Under the pieces are notes generated by a model that saw only the letters and a list, made by a program, of their open reading frames with translations, searched no databases and was not told the origin of the DNA. A stretch of DNA of 64,000 nt from positions 1 to 64,000 of the forward strand of contig JAVJQW010000011.1 in assembly GCA_040218735.1 (NCBI GenBank). The letters are read 5' to 3'. The position numbers were made by a program, and so were the translations under genes. Source of the DNA: Deltaproteobacteria bacterium (GTDB taxonomy: Bacteria; Myxococcota; Kuafuiibacteriia; Kuafuiibacteriales; Kuafuiibacteriaceae). Positions 9,936 to 18,674 of the stretch are shown here, one piece after another. Each line of letters begins with the position of its first letter. Positions within the stretch are counted from its first letter, which is position 1.

Positions 9936-11033
9936 TCAGTCGGCGTCCTTCGCGACGCCGTACGCCATCTCCCGGTTCGCCGCGACGCCCCACCCCGCGC
10001 GGTCCACCGCGATCAGGCCGACCGACGAGTCCTCCGGGAAGTCGGACGCCGCGCGGTGGACGGCCGCGCGCGCCGACACCCCCGACGCGATCTGCTCGTA
10101 CACCGTGCGCGCCAGCGCCTCGCGGATGATCACCTCGCCGTGCCCGGTGCAGGCCACGGCGCCGGCCGGGCCGGCGTACAGACCCGCGCCGTAGACGGGG
10201 ACGTCGCCGACGCGCCCGTAGAGCGTGACACTCGTACCCCCGGTCGACAGCGTCGCCGCGAAGCCGCCTTCGACGTCGCGCACGACCGTGCCCACCGTGT
10301 CGCCGCCGTGCCGCCACGCCTCCATGTCCGCGGGGAGCTCGTTCGGGAAGTTCCAGTACTTCTTCCAGTCGAACTCCAGCGTGCCCGCGGACTGGTACTG
10401 CGAGCGCAGCCTTTCGAGGCGCGCCTCGTACTTCGTCTGCGCCTCCGGCGAGACCGGCACCTCGTCGGGGAGTCCCGCGCGGTGTGCGAAGACCGTCGCG
10501 CCCTCGCCCGCCATCAACACGTGCGGCGAATCGAGCACGAGCCGCGCGGCGCGGATCGGGTTCTTCACGCGCTCGATGACCGCGACGGCCGCGAAGGCTC
10601 CGTCGTCGGTCATCAGCGACGCGTCCATCTGGATCGTCTTGCCGTCGAGCCGGATGTTGGCGCCGGTCCCCGCGTTGTAGCGGGGGTCGTCCTCGAGCAC
10701 GACGGTCCCCGCCACCGCGGCCTCCAGCGCGGGCTGGCGAGCGAGCAAGACCTGACGCGCCGCGATCGCCGCCCGCAGCGCGCCGTCGGCGAGGTCCGGG
10801 GGCGTCCCCACGCCCGCGTGGGTGACCGCGAGCGGCCCCGCCTGGGGACCGCCGGCGAGGGTGGGGAGCGCGTCCGGCTCGTCGAGCGACCGCGTGGGGC
10901 GCACCAGCGGAGGCGGGCAGTCGGCGGTCTTGTAGATGACCGGCCGCGTCGGCACGCCGAACGGGTCGTCGGCGGGGGGCGCCGCCGCGCACCCCACCAG
11001 CAAGAGGACCCCACCGAACCCAAACCTCGACAT
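9936..11033 (-). CDS. Isoaspartyl peptidase/L-asparaginase (Ntn hydrolase) with lipoprotein signal
   Basis: HAGVG, LEDDPRYNAG, MDAS, DTVG (nucleophile Thr), STGG and GRVGD motifs. Starts MSRFGFGGVLLLVGC. Confidence 0.9.
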   Translation of the reverse strand: MSRFGFGGVLLLVGCAAAPPADDPFGVPTRPVIYKTADCPPPLVRPTRSLDEPDALPTLAGGPQAGPLAVTHAGVGTPPDLADGALRAAIAARQVLLARQPALEAAVAGTVVLEDDPRYNAGTGANIRLDGKTIQMDASLMTDDGAFAAVAVIERVKNPIRAARLVLDSPHVLMAGEGATVFAHRAGLPDEVPVSPEAQTKYEARLERLRSQYQSAGTLEFDWKKYWNFPNELPADMEAWRHGGDTVGTVVRDVEGGFAATLSTGGTSVTLYGRVGDVPVYGAGLYAGPAGAVACTGHGEVIIREALARTVYEQIASGVSARAAVHRAASDFPEDSSVGLIAVDRAGWGVAANREMAYGVAKDAD

Positions 11034-11136
11034 CGCCTGGTGTTTACCGCTGACCCCGGGTCCAGTCACGCCGTGACGCCCCCCTCGCCCATCATCCGAC
11101 GCCGCGACTGTGGACCCGCTGTTACACCTACCTTCG

Positions 11137-12090
11137 ATGCGCCGCCTTGCCCTCGCCCTCGTCGTCACCGCGCTCGCCGCGGGCTGCGACACCGGGCGCA
11201 TCGGCGGACCGCTCCGGCTCGGCGCCTGCGGCGACGGCGTGTGCGCCGGCACCGAGGACTGCGGATCGTGCACCGCCGACTGCGGTGCGTGTGACGCGTG
11301 CGGCGACGCCACCTGCGACGCCAACGAGTCCTGCTCCGCGTGCCCCGACGACTGCGGCGCGTGCGGCCCCTGCGGCGACATGATCTGCGAAGGCACCGAG
11401 ACCTGCGCGACCTGCGCCGACGACTGCGGCGCGTGCGGCATGTGCGGCGACGGCACCTGCGACAGCAACGAAGGCTGCGACACCTGCAACCAGGATTGCG
11501 GGGTCTGCGAACCGATGTGCGGCGACGGCACCTGCGACGCCGGCGAAACGTGCGACACTTGCAACCTGGATTGCGGTGCCTGCCCGACCTGCGGCGACGG
11601 CACCTGCAACGGCGACGAGAACTGCGAGACGTGCACGGCCGACTGCGGCGCGTGCACCTGGCCCCCGGAGCTCGAAGCCACCGAAGACGCGCTCCTCGTC
11701 CTGATGAACGAGCTCCGCGCGAAGGGCGCGACCTGCGGCGGCCAGGCCTACCGCGCCGTCCCCCCGCTCGCGATGCACGAGGCCCTCCGCGAAGCCGCGC
11801 GCCTGCACTCGCAGGACATGGGCGAGCAGAACTACTTCGACCACACGTCCCTCGACGGACGCAGCCCCTGGCAGCGCATCCGCGACGCCGGCTACCCGGG
11901 CTCCGGCGCCGCCGAGAACATCGCCGCGGGCAACAACTCCGCTCAGGCGACCTTCAACCAGTGGCTCACGTCCCCCGGCCACTGCCGCAACATGATGACG
12001 GCCAACGCCAACGAGGTCGGGATCGGACACGCGGAGGTGCCCGGTTCGCGCTATCGACACTACTGGACGCAGGCCTTCGGGCGCCGATGA
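11137..12090 (+). CDS. CAP/SCP-domain lipoprotein with Cys-rich repeats
   Basis: Lipobox AAGC. HSQDM..YFDH, AENIAAG, WLTSPGHCRN and YWTQAF CAP motifs. Confidence 0.9.
   Translation: MRRLALALVVTALAAGCDTGRIGGPLRLGACGDGVCAGTEDCGSCTADCGACDACGDATCDANESCSACPDDCGACGPCGDMICEGTETCATCADDCGACGMCGDGTCDSNEGCDTCNQDCGVCEPMCGDGTCDAGETCDTCNLDCGACPTCGDGTCNGDENCETCTADCGACTWPPELEATEDALLVLMNELRAKGATCGGQAYRAVPPLAMHEALREAARLHSQDMGEQNYFDHTSLDGRSPWQRIRDAGYPGSGAAENIAAGNNSAQATFNQWLTSPGHCRNMMTANANEVGIGHAEVPGSRYRHYWTQAFGRR
11224..11658 (+). repeat. Six tandem ~72-bp repeats encoding CGDxxC..E.C..C..DCG.C
   Basis: Directly visible in the protein and DNA. Confidence 0.85.
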
Positions 12091-12150
12091 CGTGATCCGG
12101 GCGACACGCTCGACGCCGGCCCCCTTCTTCCCGCACGATGAAACGACCGC

Positions 12151-13440
12151 ATGGGTCGTGTCGCCGCCGCCTTGCTCTCCCTCGGCCTCGTCGCCGCGTG
12201 CACCCGACCATCGCTCCACGCGAAGCTCCCCGCCGACCACTGCCGCACCGCCTGGTGCGCGACGGTCGAACCCGACGGAGACGTCGTCGACGTCACCCTG
12301 AGCATCCCGCCGCGCGCGGGCGCCGGGCGCGCCCACGTCGAGCTGGCGTTCGTCGAAGGCCTCCTCGGGCGCGGCTTCACGGCGCGCTCGGTGCGCCTGC
12401 TCGACGACGGCGACGAGCGGCCCTGGCCCGGACACTTCGAGCGTTCGGACCGACCGCAGACCATCCGCTACCGCGTCCGACTCGAACAGAGCGCTCGCCT
12501 GGAGGTGCTCCGCGAGCTGAGCTTCGAACACACGCGCGGGTGGCACTTGAAGGGGTACAGTTTCCTCCCCCACCCGGCCGCCACCACCGGCGACGATCCC
12601 CCCGCGCTCCTGCGGTTCGTCCTGCCGGAGGGGCAGCGCGCGCTGAGCTCCGTCGTCGCGACGGAGAGCACCTTCCACGGCCGGAGCCTGACCGAGCTCG
12701 TGCGTGCGACGTACGAGATCGGCGACCCTCACCACCACTGCCTGCGGGCCGAGCACGGTCTGGTGTGCGTCGCGTCGTCGACCGACGAGGCCCTCGAGGA
12801 GACGGCGCGCTTCGTACGCACCGCGATGGAGGAGACCGCTTCGCTCCTCGGTCCGCTCGACGAGCCGAACGTGTTGATCTCGATTCACCCCGCGTCGCTG
12901 CCGACGCCGCTCGGGCTGTCGGTCGGGTCCGGCGTGTTGGTGCTCGCGGACGGCCCGCCGCTCGAGACGAGCCCGACGAGCTTCGCGCTCGTCCACGAGA
13001 TCGTTCACCTGTGGCACCCCGGCGGCCGTCGTGTCGCGTCGCTGTGGTTGCGGGAGGGGCTCGCCGAGTACTTCGCGCACCAGATCATCGCGCGTATGTC
13101 GACACAGGGGCAGGACGAGTTCCTCGCGCGTGTCCTCGAGGCGCACCGGCGCACGCGGGGCCACGGACCGTTCGAGGTCGCGAGCGGGGACGACGTGTAC
13201 GCCGTGGGCGTGATGGCCGGCTTCTGCCTCGACAAGCTCCTCGCGCCCTCCGGGGCGTCGACCGCGAAGGTCGTGAAGCGGCTCCTGGATCAGGTGCCCG
13301 CCAACACGCCGGCGGCGGTGACCGACGACTGGTTCTTCGCAGAGGTCGCGAAGGCCTCCGCGAGCTCCGCGGGTTACTTCCGCCTGATGATGCAGGAGCC
13401 CGAGTTCGACTTCTCGAAGTGCCTGACCACGAGGCTGTGA
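12151..13440 (+). CDS. Gluzincin metallopeptidase lipoprotein (M61/M1-like)
   Basis: Lipobox VAAC. HEIVH plus WLREGLAEY. Confidence 0.75.
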   Translation: MGRVAAALLSLGLVAACTRPSLHAKLPADHCRTAWCATVEPDGDVVDVTLSIPPRAGAGRAHVELAFVEGLLGRGFTARSVRLLDDGDERPWPGHFERSDRPQTIRYRVRLEQSARLEVLRELSFEHTRGWHLKGYSFLPHPAATTGDDPPALLRFVLPEGQRALSSVVATESTFHGRSLTELVRATYEIGDPHHHCLRAEHGLVCVASSTDEALEETARFVRTAMEETASLLGPLDEPNVLISIHPASLPTPLGLSVGSGVLVLADGPPLETSPTSFALVHEIVHLWHPGGRRVASLWLREGLAEYFAHQIIARMSTQGQDEFLARVLEAHRRTRGHGPFEVASGDDVYAVGVMAGFCLDKLLAPSGASTAKVVKRLLDQVPANTPAAVTDDWFFAEVAKASASSAGYFRLMMQEPEFDFSKCLTTRL

Positions 13441-14078
13441 CGTTGGGCCCCGACACCGCGTGGCTGTCGCGAAAGTGGCGCGACGAGCTCGGCTACGGCA
13501 GCGCGCTCGTCCCGCGGCGGGCGGCGATGGTCTTGCCCGCGCTCGAGCCTCCGAGGGACATCGTCGTGACCTCCGAGAAGGCGCTCAAGATCGACGCCGC
13601 AAGACAACTTGCGCTCGACCTCTTCGGTGCCGAAGTGCCCGTCGAAGGCGTGAAGACGGTGTCGGGGGTCCCGGAGCAACCGGTGGACGACGAAGCGCTC
13701 CGCGGAGCCCACCACCGCACCGAGGGCGTCGACGCCGAGTGCGTCGTATCGTTCGAGAACGGCTTGTTCTTCGAAACCGTGGACGCCCCCGAAGCGTGGA
13801 CCGCGGTGGAAGACTACGTCGGGCCGCGCGGCGTCGCGGTGGACCGCGCCGCGGTGGTCGTCGTCGTCCGAGGCACGCGCTACGAAGGCGTCGGCGCGGG
13901 CGTCCTGGTGCCGCGTCGCTTCGCGGAGGCGTCCGAGGCGTCGGAGTGGGCGCTCACCGCCGGCAAGGCGATGGCCGCGGCGTGGGGCGTGCCGCACGAC
14001 GACTGGCATGCGGCGCTCGTCGGTGTGGACCGCGCGGCGCTGATTCGCTCCGTGTGGTGGCCACGCGAATCGACGTGA
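13437..14078 (+). CDS. YjjX/DUF84-like non-canonical purine NTPase
   Basis: VVTSEKALKIDA, SGVPEQP and EALRGAHHR motifs. GTG start overlaps the upstream TGA. Confidence 0.7.
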   Translation: MTLGPDTAWLSRKWRDELGYGSALVPRRAAMVLPALEPPRDIVVTSEKALKIDAARQLALDLFGAEVPVEGVKTVSGVPEQPVDDEALRGAHHRTEGVDAECVVSFENGLFFETVDAPEAWTAVEDYVGPRGVAVDRAAVVVVVRGTRYEGVGAGVLVPRRFAEASEASEWALTAGKAMAAAWGVPHDDWHAALVGVDRAALIRSVWWPREST

Positions 14079-14080
14079 GC

Positions 14081-14527
14081 TCAGGCCGGCGGCACCAGCG
14101 TCCGGATCATCGCGCTCGCGATCTGGCCGTTCGGCCCGCGGACGACGAGCCGCCCCCGCTCCTTCACCTTGTCCTCGGAGGTCGACTGGTTCCACTCGAG
14201 CGACCCCTTGCGGCGCTCGACCTCGGTGCGCGCGACGACGTCTTCATCCACGTCGACCTCCGCGAGGAGGACCTCCCCGTCCGCGTCGGTCCGATCGGCG
14301 CTCCCGCCCGAGGCGTAGATGCAGCCCGTCGTGAAGTCGACCGCAAGACAGATTGCACCCGGAAGTAGTCCGGGTAGCAGCCACAGCAGGTCGATGACCA
14401 GCACCGCGAGATCGATGCGCCCGCCGACCGTCCCGCGACGCTCGGGGTACAGCAAGTACCCGCACCCGGGCGTACCAGCGGCGGCGGCGAGCACGGCGGA
14501 GGACTTCAGGAAACGTCGGCGCTGCAT
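14081..14527 (-). CDS. Small Tat-exported lipoprotein
   Basis: MQRRRFLK twin-arginine signal followed by TPGC and a hydrophobic hairpin. Confidence 0.7.
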   Translation of the reverse strand: MQRRRFLKSSAVLAAAAGTPGCGYLLYPERRGTVGGRIDLAVLVIDLLWLLPGLLPGAICLAVDFTTGCIYASGGSADRTDADGEVLLAEVDVDEDVVARTEVERRKGSLEWNQSTSEDKVKERGRLVVRGPNGQIASAMIRTLVPPA

Positions 14528-14562
14528 GGTCGAGCCATGCCACAGGCCGCGTCAGCGCGCCA

Positions 14563-15285
14563 TCAACGGCCGCCGAGGGACTTCGCGCGCTGCGCGAACC
14601 GTTTCAGCAGCGCGGCGTCGTTCTTGTCTGCGAACGCGCCCTTCTTCTCCTTCGCGATCAGCGCGCGGATCGCCTTGGCGTGTGTTTTGTCCCCCGTCGC
14701 CGTCACGGCTTCGACGGCGACCTCGCGCACCTTGGCCTGCGGCGCGTCGAGCATCTCGACCGCAGCGGCGCCCGCGTCTTTCTTGGTCGCGTCGTCGGCG
14801 CCGGTCAGGCCGGGGCCGATCGCGTAGGTCAGCCAGACACACACCTCGGTCTTCGCGGCGTCGAGACCACCCGCGAGGCACTTCGGCTTCTTGGCCGCGA
14901 GGACGTCGAGCAGCGGCGGCACCGTCAGCGGCGACTCGAGCCGTGCGCCAACCTCGGCGGCGTACGCGATCATGGCGTCGTCGTCGCCGCGGAGGTTCGG
15001 CTCGATCAGCGCCATCATCTTCTTGGGCGTGAAACACCGGAACAGATCCAACGCAGCCTTGCGCTCGCCGTTGGAGCGCGTCGTCGCGATGCGCTTCGCC
15101 TCGGCGTGAAGCGCGGGGTGATCACGCAGCGAGTGCCGCAGCTTGCCGCGACACGCACCGGTCACGTCCTTCACGGCCGCCTTCATCCCGGCCTCCCCCT
15201 TCGCGGCACGCAGGCGCGCGACGGCCTGCGGCGGCGACTGGATCGCGGGCGCAGCGGCGAGCAGCAGCAAGAGCGGGAGCGTCAT
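14563..15285 (-). CDS. Secreted HEAT-repeat-like protein
   Basis: Signal peptide and helical repeats (PLLDVL; KVREVAVEAV). Confidence 0.6.
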   Translation of the reverse strand: MTLPLLLLLAAAPAIQSPPQAVARLRAAKGEAGMKAAVKDVTGACRGKLRHSLRDHPALHAEAKRIATTRSNGERKAALDLFRCFTPKKMMALIEPNLRGDDDAMIAYAAEVGARLESPLTVPPLLDVLAAKKPKCLAGGLDAAKTEVCVWLTYAIGPGLTGADDATKKDAGAAAVEMLDAPQAKVREVAVEAVTATGDKTHAKAIRALIAKEKKGAFADKNDAALLKRFAQRAKSLGGR

Positions 15286-15317
15286 GGCCGTCGTCTACCA
15301 GCCCCGCTGCCGCGAAG

Positions 15318-16748
15318 TCACGGGCGCGTTGGCAGGTACACCCCGGTCTCGACGCGACGCCACCACGCGCCGATCCGATCGTGTTCCTCGCGCGACGTGA
15401 ATCGGTAGTCGAACATCCGCGCGCGCACGTACCGCGGAGGTGCGCCGTCGAACGGTGGATCGTCGAACAACCCCATCACCTGCGGCGAGCCCTCCAACAT
15501 CCGGTCGAGGAGGCTCGACACCCAGGCTTCGCGTCGCGGGTAGGTGAGCGCGGCGAACCACATCTGCCAGTCGAGCCGCGGCTGGTGCGGCGCGACGAAC
15601 GGCGGGACACGGTCGGTGCGACCGGGCTTCGCCGGCAGCTCGTACGCGAGCCATCGCTCGCCGTCCTGACTCCCCTCGATCACGATCTCCGGACGCTCCG
15701 TGGTCATCACCGCGAACAGGCCGTACCCGTTCACGAGCCGGAACGAACGCACCTTCTCCACGACCGGGTCGAACACCTCGGGCAGCGCGCCGTAGCCGTA
15801 GATCAGATCACTGAGCGGGATGACGTTCAGCGCGATCACGACCCCGATCGTCGCCCGTCGCGCCGTGAACCAGCGATCGAGCTTCGGCAACGGCGGTGTT
15901 CGGAACACGACGCGCTTCGGTAACAGCGCACGCACCGTGCGATCGTCGAGCGCTCCGACGCACAACGCGAGCGCCAGGAGGTTGAAGAAGCAGTAGTTCC
16001 CGGTGAGCGCGATCAGGATCTGCAGCGCCGCGAGCAGCGCGATGGCCACGGCACGAACGCGGCCCGGCACGAAGACGAAGAACGGCACGACGAGCTGGAT
16101 GAAGAACACGCCGACGACCGACGCGCGGTGAAACCACAGCGGCAGGTGGTGCGCGAACCACGCGAGCGGAGTCGGCAGCGGCTGCGTCTCGTAGTGCACG
16201 AACATCGCGCCGAGCTCGCGCCACGCGACGTCGCCGCTCGCGAGCTTCGCCCAGCCCGAGGAGAACATCAGCTTGAACAGCACCAGGCGGACGAGCCACT
16301 TCGCGACCGGCGGCGCCACGCGGTTCGACGGCGCGACGAGCGCGGCGACGATCAGCACCTCCAGCAGGAGGATGTCCCACTGGTACGCGAGGAAGTTGCG
16401 TCCCGCGATGCTGATCGACAGGTAGAGCAACCAGCACACGATGAGCGCGGGGCGCTCGAAGCGCCCGCTCATCACGACGATCGATGTGAAGGCGCCGAGC
16501 CAACACACCACGACGAGCGCGGTGTCACTCGCGCCGAAGTAGAAGAGCGTGGGGAGGCGCCACCACCGGTCGGCGCCGAGGTTCTGGGAGACGAGGTCGA
16601 GCCACGGCGCCGCGGGGAGGATGCCCTGCGCGCCGACGAGCCCTTCGATCTGGGTGGCCAGCGAGGCGAACGCAAAGAAGGTGCTCAGTCCGACGAGCGC
16701 GACGAACAGGCGACGCGCAACGTGGTCCGTGGGCGGGGCGATCGTCAC
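15318..16748 (-). CDS. Lipase maturation factor (LMF1) family membrane protein
   Basis: FLAYQWDILLLE, HYETQPLPTP, TGNYCFFN, NGYGLFAVMT and HQPRLDWQMWF motifs. Confidence 0.93.
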   Translation of the reverse strand: MTIAPPTDHVARRLFVALVGLSTFFAFASLATQIEGLVGAQGILPAAPWLDLVSQNLGADRWWRLPTLFYFGASDTALVVVCWLGAFTSIVVMSGRFERPALIVCWLLYLSISIAGRNFLAYQWDILLLEVLIVAALVAPSNRVAPPVAKWLVRLVLFKLMFSSGWAKLASGDVAWRELGAMFVHYETQPLPTPLAWFAHHLPLWFHRASVVGVFFIQLVVPFFVFVPGRVRAVAIALLAALQILIALTGNYCFFNLLALALCVGALDDRTVRALLPKRVVFRTPPLPKLDRWFTARRATIGVVIALNVIPLSDLIYGYGALPEVFDPVVEKVRSFRLVNGYGLFAVMTTERPEIVIEGSQDGERWLAYELPAKPGRTDRVPPFVAPHQPRLDWQMWFAALTYPRREAWVSSLLDRMLEGSPQVMGLFDDPPFDGAPPRYVRARMFDYRFTSREEHDRIGAWWRRVETGVYLPTRP

Positions 16749-17491
16749 TTCTTCGCGGCGAACAGTCGCTGGGCGAGCTGCATCATGAGGTCCGGATTCT
16801 TCCAGACGGCCTCACGTCGGTTCTTCGCCTCCTCCGACTCGTTCCTGCAGCGCTCGATCGCCGGCTCCAGGAAGAGGCGTTTGTTCTCGGCGTACGCGAT
16901 CGCCGGGATGTCGGCGTACCGCTTCGCGGTCGCGTGCACCGTCTCGTCGAGCGCCTCCGGAGCGACGACCTCGTGGACGTAGCCGAGGGTCTTCGCCTCC
17001 TCGGGACCAAAGAGCCCCGCGCCGAGGATCGTCGGACCAAACGTCGCGGGCGCGAGACCGTGCCTCGCGATCTCGAACGCGCCGCGCGGGAACGGCAGGC
17101 CGATCGCGGTCTCGTTGAGGCCGATCTTCTTGGGCGAAGACGACGCGATGCGAACGTCGCAGACCAACGCGAGGATCGCGCCGCCCGCGATCGCGTGCCC
17201 CGCCACCGCGGCGATGGTCGGCTTCTCGAGCATCCACAGGTCCGCGATGCCGTCGCCCCAGCCGAAGTTGATCACGTCGTCGGGCCCGTTCGCGGCGAGC
17301 GCTTTGAGGTCGAGGCCGGCGGAGAAGAAACGTTCGTTGCCGCGGAGGACGACGCATCGCACGTCGTCGTCGGCCTGCGCCGCCGCGGCGGCGTCGCCGA
17401 TGGCTTTCACCAGGTTTCCGTCGATGGCGTTGGCGGGGGGTCGGTCGAGCGTCCAGGTCTGGACGTGTTCGGCGGTGTCTATCCGGAGCAC
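16745..17491 (-). CDS. Enoyl-CoA hydratase/isomerase family protein
   Basis: FSAGLDL, GHAIAGG and IGLNE motifs. Confidence 0.9.
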   Translation of the reverse strand: MLRIDTAEHVQTWTLDRPPANAIDGNLVKAIGDAAAAAQADDDVRCVVLRGNERFFSAGLDLKALAANGPDDVINFGWGDGIADLWMLEKPTIAAVAGHAIAGGAILALVCDVRIASSSPKKIGLNETAIGLPFPRGAFEIARHGLAPATFGPTILGAGLFGPEEAKTLGYVHEVVAPEALDETVHATAKRYADIPAIAYAENKRLFLEPAIERCRNESEEAKNRREAVWKNPDLMMQLAQRLFAAKK

Positions 17492-17500
17492 CCGGAGACG

Positions 17501-18427
17501 CTACTCGTCCTCGCCGGTCAGGGGGAAGAGCTGGAAGCCCACGTGGTAGATCTTCCGCGGCTCGACGGAGTCCGGCGCGGGGCGGCTCTCCTCGTCGATG
17601 AAGTCGAAGAGGTCCTGCCGGAAGGCGTCGATGCGCTTCTTCACCTGCGCGTACTGCGACTCGGTGAGGCTCACGGTCAGCGCCGTGATCTCACGCTCGT
17701 CGGCGCTCACGCGATCCAACGAGCCGGCCGCGAGGTCGAGCATCGCGCGGTGGAAGTTCCGCACCGCGAGCGACTTCACGCTCGGCCCCGTGGAGATCTT
17801 GTTGTTGGCCGGCATCAGCTTGCCGTTGTCGTCGCGAACGACGAGGCCGATCTCTTGGAGCAGCTCGAGCGCTTGCCGCACCTCGGCCGCGCGAACCTGC
17901 GGACGAAGCTGCCGACCGATCCACGCGGGGTCTTCCTCGAAGTCGGGGTGCAGGAGGAGCTCGCGGATCGGGAGCGCGTACCACAGCGAGTAGACGCGGT
18001 ACTGCGCTTCCTCGAGCCGCGTCGTCGACGACGTGTGGTTCGCGCGGCGCCGCAGCTGTTGGTAGTGCCGGTTGCGGTCCGCGTCCGTCTGCGCCTGGCC
18101 GAGCAGCACGAGCGTCTCGAACGTGTCGGCTTCCCGCGGGTCGAGTCCTAGTCCGCGGGCGAACTTGGGTATCGACTTGTGCGAAATGTTCCGCTTGCCC
18201 TCGGCAACGAGCTTCAAGAAGTTCGGCGAGGAGAACCCCGCTTGCTTCGAGAAGTACCGATAGGAGAACTGCGGGCGGGTCTGTTTCAGAAACGAAATCA
18301 TCGCACGCAGGTACGCTCGGTAGTCGTCGAACGACTCGGGCGCGGGACGGGTGAGCTCGTCATGTGCTTTGGCCACCAAGGCGTCCAGGATTACTGGGAT
18401 ATTCTGCGCCGTCAAACCCCTCTTCAT
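17501..18427 (-). CDS. TIGR02147/DUF4423 family protein (predicted HTH regulator)
   Basis: DYRAYLR, FSYRYFSKQAGFSSPNFLKLV, VRNFHRAML and YHVGFQLFPL are typical of this family. Start uncertain. Confidence 0.85.
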   Translation of the reverse strand: MKRGLTAQNIPVILDALVAKAHDELTRPAPESFDDYRAYLRAMISFLKQTRPQFSYRYFSKQAGFSSPNFLKLVAEGKRNISHKSIPKFARGLGLDPREADTFETLVLLGQAQTDADRNRHYQQLRRRANHTSSTTRLEEAQYRVYSLWYALPIRELLLHPDFEEDPAWIGRQLRPQVRAAEVRQALELLQEIGLVVRDDNGKLMPANNKISTGPSVKSLAVRNFHRAMLDLAAGSLDRVSADEREITALTVSLTESQYAQVKKRIDAFRQDLFDFIDEESRPAPDSVEPRKIYHVGFQLFPLTGEDE

Positions 18428-18674
18428 CCGGGATACATACCTAGACGATGAATCTTGAAACGAGACAAGTCGAACGAAGCCGCGCCGAGGATGAAAACCG
18501 AGTGAATGTGCGGAGTTTCACATCGGCCAAGCGGAATACTGAGAGAACACAATTTGAAACACGCGAAGATCGGGACGGGGATTCGTATTCTTGGACAAAT
18601 CTCCCAGATGACCCACTCGGCTGACAGGGTCTGACCATCATCCGATGTCGTCCGTCGCGATCGACCGTTAGGGA

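Noticed and set aside
11224-11658. Regular ~72-bp repeats as a possible CRISPR array
   Set aside because: They are in-frame degenerate coding repeats without a repeat-spacer structure, and there are no cas genes.
11034-11681. Repetitive PQS..QVS N-terminal extension on the asparaginase ORF
   Set aside because: It is the antisense shadow of the Cys-rich repeats of the CAP gene.
12138-13436. 646-aa fusion ORF ending in the YjjX-like domain
   Set aside because: The first ~430 codons are an off-frame shadow of the peptidase gene.
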